DNA from: Candidatus Nanopelagicales bacterium
GTDB taxonomy: Bacteria > Actinomycetota > Actinomycetes > S36-B12
Reading direction: 5' to 3'
DNA: 64,000 nt
Assembly: GCA_044240195.1 (NCBI GenBank)
Contig: JBIHZX010000001.1
Span: 117 to 64,116, forward strand
Below the pieces are notes generated by a model. That model saw only the letters and a program-made list of their open reading frames with translations, made no database searches and was not told the DNA's origin. The translations under genes and the position numbers were made by a program. Position 1 is the first letter of the stretch. Each line of letters starts with the position of its first letter. Below, one piece after another: positions 37,323 through 47,384 of the stretch.

Positions 37323-38302
37323 CGGAGCTGCGCCCAACCTGATTCGGGGTAGCCCATTGCTGGCTCGGAAACGTCGTTGAGTGCCATTGTTATCTCATCA
37401 GGAAGTTCAAGTTCCTCGGATCCCAATGCCATGAGCAACTGCGCATTTGTTCTGGCACCCAAAATGGGGGCGATCACACCAGGGCGATCGCGGAGCCACG
37501 CGAGAGCAACTTCCGCTGGGCTGGCATCCAATCCTTGGGCGGCGGTTGCGAGCGCATCGACGATTCGCTTTGCTCGCTCGTCCGAATAAAAGTTAACAAA
37601 CGCGCTGGTGTCAGCCGATGCGCCACGCGAGTCAATCGGAATTGAATGGCGGTACTTACCGGTGAGAACGCCCCTGCCCAGCGGGGACCACGGCAGGATT
37701 CCGATTCCCAGTGATTTGGATGCGGGAACGATTTCCCGCTCAACACCGCGTTCAAGAAGGGAGTACTCCATCTGGGTCGTGATTAACGGGACCGAGCCGG
37801 GTTTGGCTTGCTGCATTGTGCAGGCACGCGCGGTTTGCCAGCCGGAGTAATTAGATACACCCGCGTATCGAACCTTGCCCGAGGTAATCGCCGAGTCGAT
37901 TGCGGAGAGAGTCTCCTCGATCGGGGTGTGTGAATCCCACGCATGCATTTGCCAGAGGTCAATATGTTCAACATCGAGGCGTTTAAGGCTGCGCTCGAGT
38001 GCGTCAAGGAGATGCCTTCGGCTGGCATCGAACCTGCGCTCCGTGTTTGGCAGCGAAACAGCCTTGGTGGCCAAAACAATTGAATCGCGACATTCAAATT
38101 CTTGAATAAGAGTTCCCAGCATTTCCTCGCTGGCACCTTCGGCATAAACATCGGCCGTGTCGATGAGTGTTCCACCGGCGTCGAGGAAGGCGGCAAGCTG
38201 ATCGCGTGCGTCATATTCATCGGTTGCACGACCCCAGGTCATTGTGCCCAGCGCCAATCGCCCGACTCGAATTCCAGAATTACCCAGTGGTCGTTGCTGC
38301 AT
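37319..38302 (-). CDS. aldo/keto reductase
   Basis: 327 aa. ...LGTMTWG...DTADVYA...ATK... are AKR signatures. Confidence 0.85.
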   Translation of the reverse strand: MQQRPLGNSGIRVGRLALGTMTWGRATDEYDARDQLAAFLDAGGTLIDTADVYAEGASEEMLGTLIQEFECRDSIVLATKAVSLPNTERRFDASRRHLLDALERSLKRLDVEHIDLWQMHAWDSHTPIEETLSAIDSAITSGKVRYAGVSNYSGWQTARACTMQQAKPGSVPLITTQMEYSLLERGVEREIVPASKSLGIGILPWSPLGRGVLTGKYRHSIPIDSRGASADTSAFVNFYSDERAKRIVDALATAAQGLDASPAEVALAWLRDRPGVIAPILGARTNAQLLMALGSEELELPDEITMALNDVSEPAMGYPESGWAQLR

Positions 38303-38361
38303 GGCATAACCGTAGACCCATGGGCCAGAAAATTGGGGAATGCAGGCCGTAGGCTACTTCC

Positions 38362-39432
38362 ATGAAACTATCAGTCAACCTTGGATATTGGGGCGCGGGA
38401 AACGACGCGGACAATTTAGAAGTTGCTCGAGAGGCCGACCGCCTGGGCTATTCGTGCGTCTGGGCCGCTGAGGCTTATGGCTCCGATGCTGCAACTGTTC
38501 TCACTTGGATTGCCGCCCAAACCAAGCAGATTGATGTTGGTAGTGCAATTTTTCAGATCCCAGGGCGGACTCCGGCAAATACCGCCATGACAGCCGCAAC
38601 CTTGGACACACTTTCTGGTGGTCGCTTTCGACTGGGACTTGGTGTTTCTGGACCACAAGTTTCTGAAGGCTGGCACGGCGTACGATTCACAAAACCTTTG
38701 CAAAGAACCCGCGAGTACGTGGACATTGTGCGAATGGCACTTTCACGCCAGAGGGTTCAGTACGACGGCGAATTTTTTACCCTGCCTCTGCCCGATGGCC
38801 CCGGGAAGGCACTCACGCTCACGGTTCACCCAGTCCGCGAAAACATTCCCATTTACTTGGCCTCCATTGGGCCCAAAAACCTCGAACTGACAGGTGAGAT
38901 CGCTGACGGGTGGTTGGCCATCTTTTTTTCACCCGAGCATGCTTCTGAGCTTATGAAGCCTCTCATCGCTGGCCGCGAAAAATCGGGAAAGACGATGGAA
39001 GGCTTTGACGTTGTTCCCACCGTGCCTGTGGTGCCCGGAGAAGATGTTGAAGAGTGCGCCAACTATGTGCGCCCCTACGCAGCCCTGTATATCGGTGGCA
39101 TGGGTGCAAGAGATAAGAATTTTTACAATCAGCTGGCCACGCGCATGGGGTATGAAGAAGCAGCGATTGAAATTCAAGATCGTTATATGTCAAAGGACTA
39201 CGCAGGTGCTGCAGCCGCTGTCCCTTTCGAATTCATCGATGCTACCTCACTCATCGGGCCGCCTGAGCGAATCGCGAAACGCTTACCCGCCTATGCAGAA
39301 GCTGGCGTGACCAATCTAAGTGTTGCCTCCTTCGCCGGAACCTTGAAGGAACGTGTGGGAACTTTGCATGTGATGAAAGATGTTCTCAAGAGTTCTGGCT
39401 TGGGAGATCTGAATGCAAACGCCGGCGATTAA
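38362..39432 (+). CDS. LLM-class (luciferase-like) F420-dependent oxidoreductase
   Basis: 356 aa. MKLSVNLGYWGAG... N-terminus and ...RFRLGLGVSGPQVSEGWHG... are typical of the LLM family. F420 dependence is inferred from family membership only. Confidence 0.75.
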   Translation: MKLSVNLGYWGAGNDADNLEVAREADRLGYSCVWAAEAYGSDAATVLTWIAAQTKQIDVGSAIFQIPGRTPANTAMTAATLDTLSGGRFRLGLGVSGPQVSEGWHGVRFTKPLQRTREYVDIVRMALSRQRVQYDGEFFTLPLPDGPGKALTLTVHPVRENIPIYLASIGPKNLELTGEIADGWLAIFFSPEHASELMKPLIAGREKSGKTMEGFDVVPTVPVVPGEDVEECANYVRPYAALYIGGMGARDKNFYNQLATRMGYEEAAIEIQDRYMSKDYAGAAAAVPFEFIDATSLIGPPERIAKRLPAYAEAGVTNLSVASFAGTLKERVGTLHVMKDVLKSSGLGDLNANAGD

Positions 39433-40262
39433 TGGAAATGACGTGGTTTGAAGCAATCGTTTTAGGCACTCTTCAAGGTCTGACCGAGTTCCTGCCCATT
39501 TCTTCTTCAGCACATCTACTTATCTTTAGTCAGTTTTTCGGTTGGACAGATCCTGGAGCTGCCTTCACCGCGGTGAGTCAAATTGGTACCGAGCTCGCCG
39601 TGATTGTGTACTTTTGGCGTGATATTCGGCGAATTGTGTCAACATGGTTGCGGTCACTGGCAGATCCAGCGCTGCGTAAGTCACTCGATGCCCGAATGGG
39701 CTGGTATGTGATCGTTGGAACAATTCCAGTGGCGGCGCTTGGTTTTACATTCTCGAGTCAGATTGAGACTACGGCCCGGAATCTTTACCTCGTAGCCACG
39801 ATGTTAATTGTCTTTGGAATTATCCTTGGCCTAGCGGACCGCTACGGCCGCAAAATAAAGTCGATTGATCGGCTCACGTTCCCTGATGCCATCGCATTTG
39901 GCTGCGGTCAGGCGCTTGCATTGATTCCTGGCGTGTCTCGCTCGGGTGCAACGATCACGACGGGATTAGCGTTGGGCTATGACCGAGTCGCCGCAACGCG
40001 ATATGCGTTTCTACTCGCAATTCCAGCGGTGCTTGGTTCTGGGCTATATGAGGCAACGAAAATCTCGGATCAACAAAACACGCAATGGGGTCAGACCATC
40101 CTCGCAACAATAATTGCCTTTTTTGTTGGACTAGGTGTTATTGCATGGCTACTTCGATGGTTAACGACACGTACCTACACACCATTCGTGATTTACCGGG
40201 TTGTGCTCGGAGTTCTGGTGCTGGTGTTGCTGTCCACCGGCGCACTAACTTCCGGCAGTTAG
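39432..40262 (+). CDS. uppP: undecaprenyl-diphosphate phosphatase
   Basis: GLTEFLPISSSAHL and PGVSRSGATI motifs. 276 aa. Confidence 0.92.
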   Translation: MEMTWFEAIVLGTLQGLTEFLPISSSAHLLIFSQFFGWTDPGAAFTAVSQIGTELAVIVYFWRDIRRIVSTWLRSLADPALRKSLDARMGWYVIVGTIPVAALGFTFSSQIETTARNLYLVATMLIVFGIILGLADRYGRKIKSIDRLTFPDAIAFGCGQALALIPGVSRSGATITTGLALGYDRVAATRYAFLLAIPAVLGSGLYEATKISDQQNTQWGQTILATIIAFFVGLGVIAWLLRWLTTRTYTPFVIYRVVLGVLVLVLLSTGALTSGS

Positions 40263-41293
40263 AGCCATCCGCTTTTTTTAAACCCGCGAAACAGAAGACC
40301 GCAAGTGATAGCCATGAACGCCAAAACGAAGTAGTAGCCGTAATCGCTCTTGAGCTCAGGCATATTTTCAAAATTCATCCCGAAAATACCTGCGGTCAGA
40401 GTAGGAACGGCCGCAATCGCCACCCAAGCAGAAATTTTACGCATATCTGTGTTCTGCTTAAGGTCTTGCAAGGCGGTTGAAGCCATCAGCATTGTGAGCA
40501 GTGCGTTGTCGGTACTTTCTACCACGTCATTTACGCGCAGAATGTGATCACCTATATCAGCAAAAAATGGTTCTAATTCTTGTGGAATAGAATCGTATGT
40601 TTCATTAGAAAATTTCTGTGCGGCGTTAACCAGGGGTGCTGCGGCTTGGCTGACAGCGATATTTTCCCGCTTCAGTTGATAGATATTCTTTGTTGTCACT
40701 GCCGTTGGCTGCATTGAAAAAACATCTTGTTCAATTACACGCATATCTTCATGAACGTCCTCGGATACTGCGAGATAGGTATCAACTGTAATATCCATAA
40801 CGGCGTAGAGAACGGCAAGTGGCCCATGTTTTCTGAGTCGTTCATCATGAGACATTCGTTTGCGCACATTTGTGAGGTCGCCAGCGACACCGTACCGAAC
40901 CGTGATCGCGAACCATTCGCCGACAAATACTGAAGTCTGTCCTGTTGTCACTTCCCGGCTATTGGCGTCGTATGACAATGTCTTGAGTAATGCAAAGCCC
41001 TCACCATTATTCAACTCAAACTTAGCGCGTTGGGTAACATTGGCGGCGTCTTCGACGTCGAGCGGTTCGAGCGCAAAAAGTTCAGTCACCAAGGACAACT
41101 CAGCCGCGGTGGGGGAAACCAAACCGAGCCACACAAAGGACCCCGTATCAGCTTTAACCTGGGATATCAGGTCGGTTATGGCGACTCGAGCTTCCTGTGC
41201 TGCAGCGTCATCGGGGGCAATAACGTCAATCGGCGGCATGTGCTGATGCTCAAATTGGCCGTCGGCTGAATACCGTCCCATACGTCGGATCAT
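40259..41293 (-). CDS. corA: magnesium/cobalt transporter CorA
   Basis: GMNF motif (IFGMNFENMPEL) before the last TM helix. 344 aa. Confidence 0.88.
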   Translation of the reverse strand: MIRRMGRYSADGQFEHQHMPPIDVIAPDDAAAQEARVAITDLISQVKADTGSFVWLGLVSPTAAELSLVTELFALEPLDVEDAANVTQRAKFELNNGEGFALLKTLSYDANSREVTTGQTSVFVGEWFAITVRYGVAGDLTNVRKRMSHDERLRKHGPLAVLYAVMDITVDTYLAVSEDVHEDMRVIEQDVFSMQPTAVTTKNIYQLKRENIAVSQAAAPLVNAAQKFSNETYDSIPQELEPFFADIGDHILRVNDVVESTDNALLTMLMASTALQDLKQNTDMRKISAWVAIAAVPTLTAGIFGMNFENMPELKSDYGYYFVLAFMAITCGLLFRGFKKSGWL

Positions 41294-41392
41294 TTGCCCA
41301 TTGTGTCAGTGAATGCGGGCATCTTTCCGCCCCACGCGAACACCTCCAAAATATATATGGTCAAAATCGATCTCGGCACTACGTTAGGGGGC

Positions 41393-42088
41393 ATGGCTAC
41401 GGTTTTGTTGGTTCGTCACGGGCGGACAAGTGCCAATGAAAAGGGAATATTGGCGGGAACTGCACCGGGGACGGTTCTTGACAGTCGTGGAATCGAGCAG
41501 GCTCAGCATTTGGCCGAACTGTTATCAGGTCTTGAGGTATCCGCCATCATTTCCTCACCTCTCGAGCGCACCGTGCAAACAGCCGAGGCCCTTGCTACAA
41601 CTTTGGTGAATAAATCCGGTGACGGATTAGAGATTTCGATCGATTCGGGCCTGTCAGAGTGCGAGTACGGTGATTGGACCGGCCGAAGCTTGAGTGAATT
41701 GGCCCAAGAGGACTTGTGGCGCGCGGTTCAAGACCACCCGGCGTCAGTGGTTTTTCCCGGTGCGGAGGGAGAATCAATGGCGCATATGGCGCACAGAGCC
41801 GTTGCTTCTATTCGGCATTGGAATGACTTATTGGGACCCGATTCTGTCTATGTGGCTGTTTCCCACGGCGATGTCATCAAGGCGATCATTGCCGATGCAC
41901 TCGGAATTCATCTCGATTTGTTCCAACGAATCGGGGTTGATCCAGGCTCGGTGAGTGTTATTAATTACACGCCTTCCCGTCCCTTCGTATTGAGTACAAA
42001 TGGCAATGGATCTGATATCCGCAGGCATGTAAGCGTTGCACACAAGAGTAAGAGTGATGCTCCAGTGGGAGGTGGGTCCGGTGACTAG
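41393..42088 (+). CDS. histidine phosphatase family protein (MSMEG_4193-type putative phosphomutase/phosphatase)
   Basis: RHG motif LLVRHGRTSAN and second His in VSHGDVIKA. I chose ATG 41393; the track start 41294 abuts corA. Confidence 0.8.
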   Translation: MATVLLVRHGRTSANEKGILAGTAPGTVLDSRGIEQAQHLAELLSGLEVSAIISSPLERTVQTAEALATTLVNKSGDGLEISIDSGLSECEYGDWTGRSLSELAQEDLWRAVQDHPASVVFPGAEGESMAHMAHRAVASIRHWNDLLGPDSVYVAVSHGDVIKAIIADALGIHLDLFQRIGVDPGSVSVINYTPSRPFVLSTNGNGSDIRRHVSVAHKSKSDAPVGGGSGD

Positions 42089-42650
42089 ACGGGTCATAGA
42101 ATACCGTCTGCCTGAGCGCTTTGTTGTCGGAACCGTCGGTATGCCGGGTGAGCGAACATTTTATTTACAAGCGAAATCAGCCGGTGCACTAACAGCCGTT
42201 GCTTTTGAAAAGCAGCAAGCGATTGTTTTAGCTGAGCGAATCGATGACTTACTCGATGAAGTTCGGGCCAGCAGAGATCCCGGTGGAGTGGTGCCTGAAA
42301 GTGCACCACTTGAGCTACTGGATGCAGAACCTTTAGATATGCCTCTTCTCGAAGAATTCCGGGTAGGAGCGATGGCATTAGGTTGGGATGAAGGCAGTTC
42401 GTGTGTTGTGATTGAAGCGCATGCAATTGCCGATGAAAGTGACGAGGTCCCAGAGTTAGGCGAGGACGGCGATGAAGGACCCGACACGCTTCGAGTCTGG
42501 TTGAGCGCCCCCTATGCACGCGCATTCGCTGATCGAACCCATCGGGTCGCGCAATCGGGTCGGCCGCCATGCCCCTTTTGCCAGCAACCACTCGATCCAG
42601 AGGGTCACATTTGTCCGAGGGCCAATGGATACAAGCGACGAGACTTCTAA
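42081..42650 (+). CDS. DUF3090 domain-containing protein
   Basis: ...PERFVVGTVGMPGERTFYLQA... N-terminus, and a C-terminal CPFC...HICPRANGYKR Zn-ribbon-like motif. GTG 42081 overlaps the upstream stop by 8 nt. Confidence 0.7.
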   Translation: MTRRVIEYRLPERFVVGTVGMPGERTFYLQAKSAGALTAVAFEKQQAIVLAERIDDLLDEVRASRDPGGVVPESAPLELLDAEPLDMPLLEEFRVGAMALGWDEGSSCVVIEAHAIADESDEVPELGEDGDEGPDTLRVWLSAPYARAFADRTHRVAQSGRPPCPFCQQPLDPEGHICPRANGYKRRDF

Positions 42651-43407
42651 CTCGATTTTCAAGGGCACCCTTGAACCCATTGGGCAATTACGAGACGCGA
42701 GTAATGGCTCCCTCCTCTGCCAGGACGACAGCGAATCTCTTTTTGTTTATAAGCCCGTCGCGGGTGAACGTCCACTATGGGATTTTCCCGAAGACACGCT
42801 GTCCGGGCGTGAAGTAGCTGCAGCAAATCTTGATGGGTTATTGGGTTGGGGCTTAGTCCCACCAACACGTTGGATTCCTGACGGACCGGTAGGGCCGGGC
42901 ATGGTACAGAAATGGGTAGATGAAGTGGATGAACTTCGTCCCGTAAACATTTTTGACGCGCAGAGTGCCCCCTCGGGATGGTTGATAGTTTTGGAAGCAG
43001 CGGATCAAAGAGGTAACCCGGTGGTGCTGGCGCATGACTCCAGCGAGTCACTCATGCGCATGGCTCTCTTTGACGCGATTGTGAATAACGCGGATCGTAA
43101 AGCGGGACATGTTTTGGCGGATTCAACCGGCCGAATCTTCGCCATCGATCACGGAGTGTGTTTCAATGAGGAGCCGAAATTGCGCACCGTTCTATGGGGT
43201 TGGGTGGATCAACCGATCTTAGAGCTTGACCTTACGACCATCGAAGTACTACAGCGAACACTCGGTGATTTTCATGACCAGATTGACCCGTATTTGACTC
43301 TCGCTGAATCACATGAATTGCGACAAAGAATCGCCGGATTGCTCAAAACACAAATGTTTCCGCAACCGAATACGCAGTGGCCGGCTATTCCATGGCCGGT
43401 GTTTTAA
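42625..43407 (+). CDS. SCO1664-family protein (PI3/PI4-kinase-like fold)
   Basis: Catalytic-loop-like NNADRKAGHVL and AIDHGVCF (DFG-equivalent). ATG 42625 overlaps the DUF3090 gene by 26 nt. Confidence 0.7.
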   Translation: MDTSDETSNSIFKGTLEPIGQLRDASNGSLLCQDDSESLFVYKPVAGERPLWDFPEDTLSGREVAAANLDGLLGWGLVPPTRWIPDGPVGPGMVQKWVDEVDELRPVNIFDAQSAPSGWLIVLEAADQRGNPVVLAHDSSESLMRMALFDAIVNNADRKAGHVLADSTGRIFAIDHGVCFNEEPKLRTVLWGWVDQPILELDLTTIEVLQRTLGDFHDQIDPYLTLAESHELRQRIAGLLKTQMFPQPNTQWPAIPWPVF

Positions 43408-43438
43408 GCACCCTGAAATCAACCGGTAGGCTCACAGT

Positions 43439-44665
43439 ATGCAGAGTTGGTTGGAGCCGGTAAACCCAAAACTCCCAGGAATGGGTCGCGACCTCCGACT
43501 GTTTGACTCGGCAACCCAATCTATCCGGCCGACAGCTCCGGGGAAGATCGCAAAAATTTATGTCTGTGGGATAACTCCGTATGATGCGACGCATATGGGG
43601 CACGCCAACACCTATGTGGCATTTGACCTGTTAATCCGGGTTTGGCTTGATTGCGGAATTTCCGTCAACTACGTGCAAAATGTTACCGATATTGATGAGC
43701 CTCTACTGGAACGGGCAATCGCCACCGGTCAGGATTGGCGTGAGATCGCCAATAGAGAAACGGCATTGTTTCGTGAGGACATGCAGGCCCTCGGAGTCAT
43801 CCCTCCCCAGCATTACATCGGGGCTGTTGAATCAATCCCACAGGTGGCTGAGCACGTACTGCAATTGCAGAGCGCGGGCAAAACTTACGCACTCGACGGC
43901 GATATCTATTTCACAATTGAGAAGGCACCTCTTTTTGGATCGATTTCACACCTGACTCGACCCCAGATGCTTGATATTTTTGGTGAGCGAGGTGGTGATC
44001 CAGAACGCACCGGGAAAATTGACCCACTTGATCCGTTGCTGTGGAAGAACGAGAGGCCCGATGAACCCGCATGGAACACGGTTCTTGGTCACGGACGTCC
44101 GGGGTGGCATATCGAATGTTCAACAATTGCTTTGACCTATTTGGGAGATCAGATCGATGTTCAGGGAGGTGGATCTGACCTTGTCTTCCCGCATCATGAA
44201 ATGAGTGCAGCCCAAGCAGAAAGTCTGACCGGTGTTGAGCCATTCGCACGGTTCTATGTCCATTCAGGGATGGTTTCTTGGCAAGGGCACAAAATGTCAA
44301 AATCACGCGGGAATTTGGTTTTCGTTTCAACTTTGCGCCATGAAGGCATTGATCCGGCTGCGATCCGGCTGGCGCTATTGGCACACCATTACCGCGCTGA
44401 CTGGTCGTGGACCCCGCAAGGGTTGGAAGGCGCGCTGTCCAGACTTGACCTTTGGAGGGCAGCGACGAGTCTGGAATCTGCCATGGACGCCGAACCCGTT
44501 CTGGATCGTGTGCGCGAGGTCATGTCTGATGACTTAAAAACCCCAAGTGCACTTGACGCAATCGATAACTGGGCGCGAGACTCTCTGCACGCTGGAGGTT
44601 CTCACCCTAATGCTCCTGGGCTAGTCAAAGCCCTGTGTGCAAGCCTGCTGGGTGTGTATCTTTAA
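43439..44665 (+). CDS. mshC: L-cysteine:1D-myo-inositol 2-amino-2-deoxy-alpha-D-glucopyranoside ligase (mycothiol ligase)
   Basis: CysRS-like HIGH (ATHMGHA) and KMSKS motifs, but only 408 aa with no anticodon-binding domain. It sits in the conserved phosphatase/DUF3090/SCO1664 context. Confidence 0.88.
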   Translation: MQSWLEPVNPKLPGMGRDLRLFDSATQSIRPTAPGKIAKIYVCGITPYDATHMGHANTYVAFDLLIRVWLDCGISVNYVQNVTDIDEPLLERAIATGQDWREIANRETALFREDMQALGVIPPQHYIGAVESIPQVAEHVLQLQSAGKTYALDGDIYFTIEKAPLFGSISHLTRPQMLDIFGERGGDPERTGKIDPLDPLLWKNERPDEPAWNTVLGHGRPGWHIECSTIALTYLGDQIDVQGGGSDLVFPHHEMSAAQAESLTGVEPFARFYVHSGMVSWQGHKMSKSRGNLVFVSTLRHEGIDPAAIRLALLAHHYRADWSWTPQGLEGALSRLDLWRAATSLESAMDAEPVLDRVREVMSDDLKTPSALDAIDNWARDSLHAGGSHPNAPGLVKALCASLLGVYL

Positions 44666-45705
44666 TCTGTTTTCTCATCATGTCCACCAAAACCCTTGCG
44701 CATGGCGCTAAGGATTTGGTTAGCAAACTGATCTTTGCCCTGTGAAGCAAATCGGGAAAACAACGCCGAGGTTAAAACCGGTGTTGGAACTCCTTCTTCG
44801 ATCGCTGCGATCGAAGTCCAACGACCCTCGCCCGAATCAGAAACACGACCCGAGAACTCCGTGAGCTCGGGACTCTGAGCCAATGCGGCTGCGGTGAGGT
44901 CGAGTAGCCATGAACTCACTACGGAACCGCGACGCCAAACTTCGGCGACTGCGGGGATATCAATGTCGTATTGATAAAACTCTGGATGGGAAAGTGGAGC
45001 AGTTTCCGCGTCATGCTCTGAATCTCGTGAACCTTCCGCGCCTGAATTGGCGTGCTTGAGAATATTAAAACCTTCCGCGTAAGCTGCCATGAGCGCGTAT
45101 TCGATTCCGTTGTGAACCATTTTCACGTAGTGCCCAGCGCCACTTTGTCCGCAATGCAACCAACCGCGCTCGGCGGCACTCTCCGGCTGAGAGGAATCTG
45201 TGCGCGGAGCTGATTCGACACCGGGCGCTAATGAATCCCATAGGGGAGTGAGGGCGTTTACCTGCTCGGATGATCCGCCGATCATGAGGCAATAGCCGCG
45301 TTCTAAGCCCCAGACGCCACCGGAGGTCCCGACGTCAATGAACGAAATCCCCTGGGCTTGCAACTGATGCGAATGGGCAATGTCGTCACGGTAGTAGGAG
45401 TTTCCACCGTCGATAATCGTATCGCCCGGTTCGAGCAAGACTGCAAGTTCATCGATCACACTTTGTGTTGGAGGGCCGGCGGGAACCATGATCCAAACTG
45501 TCCGAGGCGCTGGCAGAGCCGCAACTAGTTCGGGCAGTGAGTCAGCTCCGCGAACGCCATAAACATTTAGCTGTGATACCAGGTTGGGATTACGATCAAA
45601 ACCCACAACGTTGTGACCAGCAGCTGCTGCGCGCCGACTCAGATTTGCGCCCATTCGACCCAAGCCAACCATGCCCAGACTCACGTTCGCGCTGTGTTCA
45701 ACCAC
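44662..45705 (-). CDS. gnd: 6-phosphogluconate dehydrogenase, decarboxylating (short YqeC-type form)
   Basis: Rossmann motif MVGLGRMGANL, ...GHYVKMVHNGIEY.... 347 aa. Confidence 0.85.
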   Translation of the reverse strand: MVEHSANVSLGMVGLGRMGANLSRRAAAAGHNVVGFDRNPNLVSQLNVYGVRGADSLPELVAALPAPRTVWIMVPAGPPTQSVIDELAVLLEPGDTIIDGGNSYYRDDIAHSHQLQAQGISFIDVGTSGGVWGLERGYCLMIGGSSEQVNALTPLWDSLAPGVESAPRTDSSQPESAAERGWLHCGQSGAGHYVKMVHNGIEYALMAAYAEGFNILKHANSGAEGSRDSEHDAETAPLSHPEFYQYDIDIPAVAEVWRRGSVVSSWLLDLTAAALAQSPELTEFSGRVSDSGEGRWTSIAAIEEGVPTPVLTSALFSRFASQGKDQFANQILSAMRKGFGGHDEKTD

Positions 45706-45764
45706 GATGACTCCTTAAATCTGGGTAACACGGGACTTGATCCAACATATGCAAGACTAGATGA

Positions 45765-47384
45765 GTGACCGATCCCACCACCACCCCTGCTTGGAAAACT
45801 CTCGAGGCCCAGAGCGCCATCATCGCTCCGATACGAGATTTGGTCGATCACGACAGAAGCGAATTCCGAAACACGGTAGCAGGGGTTGAGGCTGATTTCA
45901 GTAGGCAGCGCATTGATTCCACGGTGTGGAGAGACCTCAAAGCACTTGTTGATCAATGTGATGTCGCTCGGTCGCGCGATGACATGTTTGCTGGTGTTCA
46001 TGTCAATACGACGGAGGGTCGCGCCGTGTTGCACACAGCGCTACGACTTCCCCGGGATTCAGTATTGCTCGTGGACGGCGTTGACATCGTGGAGCAGGTT
46101 CATGTAGTTCTTGACCAAATGGCAGTTCTTGCAGAGCGCGTACGAGATGGATCCTGGAAAGGATTTTCAGGTAAACGAATTACATCTGTGGTAAATATTG
46201 GAATCGGTGGTTCAGATCTCGGGCCCGCTATGGCCTATCGCGCACTGCGTGCTTACAGCGATCGGTCTATCGCAATTCATTTCGTGTCAAATGTTGACCC
46301 GACGGATCTCACTGAGACCCTAAGACTCTGCGATCCTGAATCGACGCTTTTCATAATTGCATCAAAAACATTTACGACTACCGAAACAATGTTAAATGCA
46401 CAGCAGGCAAGTAGCTGGGTTCATGCGGCCTATGAAACAGAGGCCATAGGTGACGTTGTTGCTCGGCATTTTGTCGCTTTGTCAACGAACGCTCAAGCCG
46501 TAGCGGACTTTGGGATAGACCCCGCCAATATGTTCGGTTTCTGGGATTGGGTCGGAGGCCGTTATTCGATGGAATCAGCAATCGGTTTGAGTACCATGAT
46601 TGCCATCGGTGCTGATCGGTTCCATGAAATGCTGGAAGGTTTTCACGCAGTAGATCTGAACTTTGCAAATGAACCTTGGGAAACAAATGTGCCCATGCAG
46701 ATGGGCGCCCTGGCTGTATGGAATAGGAACTTTCTCAAAATCGAAACGACCGCGGTTCTTCCATATTCACAGTACCTCTCTCGCTTCCCCGCTTACTTGC
46801 AGCAACTCACCATGGAGAGTAATGGCAAAAGCGTCCGCTCTAATGGCGAGAGTGTGGGGTACAACACGGGAGCAATATATTGGGGTGAACCAGGAACGAA
46901 CGGGCAACATAGTTTTTATCAACTTCTTCATCAGGGAACGAGTGTGGTTGCCTGTGACATCATCGTGATAGCTCGAGCGCAACATAACTTGGGTGAGCAA
47001 CAGGATGTTTTGGTCGCCAATGCACTCGCACAGGCATCGGTTCTTTCACTTGGAATTAGTGCGGAACAGTTAGCTGAAAGTGGTGTATCGGCGGACGTGA
47101 TCCCGCACAAGGTTATGCCAGGAAATCGCCCTGTGAGCCTCATGCTCTGTCAGGACTTGAATCCGTACACACTAGGAGTGCTCGTTGCCCTTTATGAGCA
47201 TTCCACTTTCGTGCAAGGAGCTATTTGGGGGGTTAATTCATTCGATCAATGGGGCGTTGAATTGGGTAAGAAAGTTGCAACCGGAATTGAAGATTCCTTT
47301 AGTGGCCCGACGCCCTCGCACAACTTCGATGCAAGTACTGAGTATTCCATAAATAGATACTTGCAACTACGCGAGAAAAGTTAA
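45765..47384 (+). CDS. pgi: glucose-6-phosphate isomerase
   Basis: 539 aa. ...IGIGGSDLGP..., ...SKTFTTTET... and ...GEPGTNGQHSFYQL... are PGI signatures. Confidence 0.93.
   Translation: MTDPTTTPAWKTLEAQSAIIAPIRDLVDHDRSEFRNTVAGVEADFSRQRIDSTVWRDLKALVDQCDVARSRDDMFAGVHVNTTEGRAVLHTALRLPRDSVLLVDGVDIVEQVHVVLDQMAVLAERVRDGSWKGFSGKRITSVVNIGIGGSDLGPAMAYRALRAYSDRSIAIHFVSNVDPTDLTETLRLCDPESTLFIIASKTFTTTETMLNAQQASSWVHAAYETEAIGDVVARHFVALSTNAQAVADFGIDPANMFGFWDWVGGRYSMESAIGLSTMIAIGADRFHEMLEGFHAVDLNFANEPWETNVPMQMGALAVWNRNFLKIETTAVLPYSQYLSRFPAYLQQLTMESNGKSVRSNGESVGYNTGAIYWGEPGTNGQHSFYQLLHQGTSVVACDIIVIARAQHNLGEQQDVLVANALAQASVLSLGISAEQLAESGVSADVIPHKVMPGNRPVSLMLCQDLNPYTLGVLVALYEHSTFVQGAIWGVNSFDQWGVELGKKVATGIEDSFSGPTPSHNFDASTEYSINRYLQLREKS

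Noticed and set aside
42661-42685. cccttgaacccat inside the SCO1664-family gene, resembling the T-arm region of tRNA-Leu (acttgaaccccca) as a possible att repeat
   Set aside because: Only about 10 nt are shared. It lies inside a conserved CDS, 7 kb away on the 5' side of the tRNA, which is the wrong side for an island bounded by the tRNA 3' end.
42094-42687. 197-aa minus-strand ORF antisense to the DUF3090 gene
   Set aside because: It is embedded in the conserved plus-strand cassette and has no motif. It is likely a shadow ORF.
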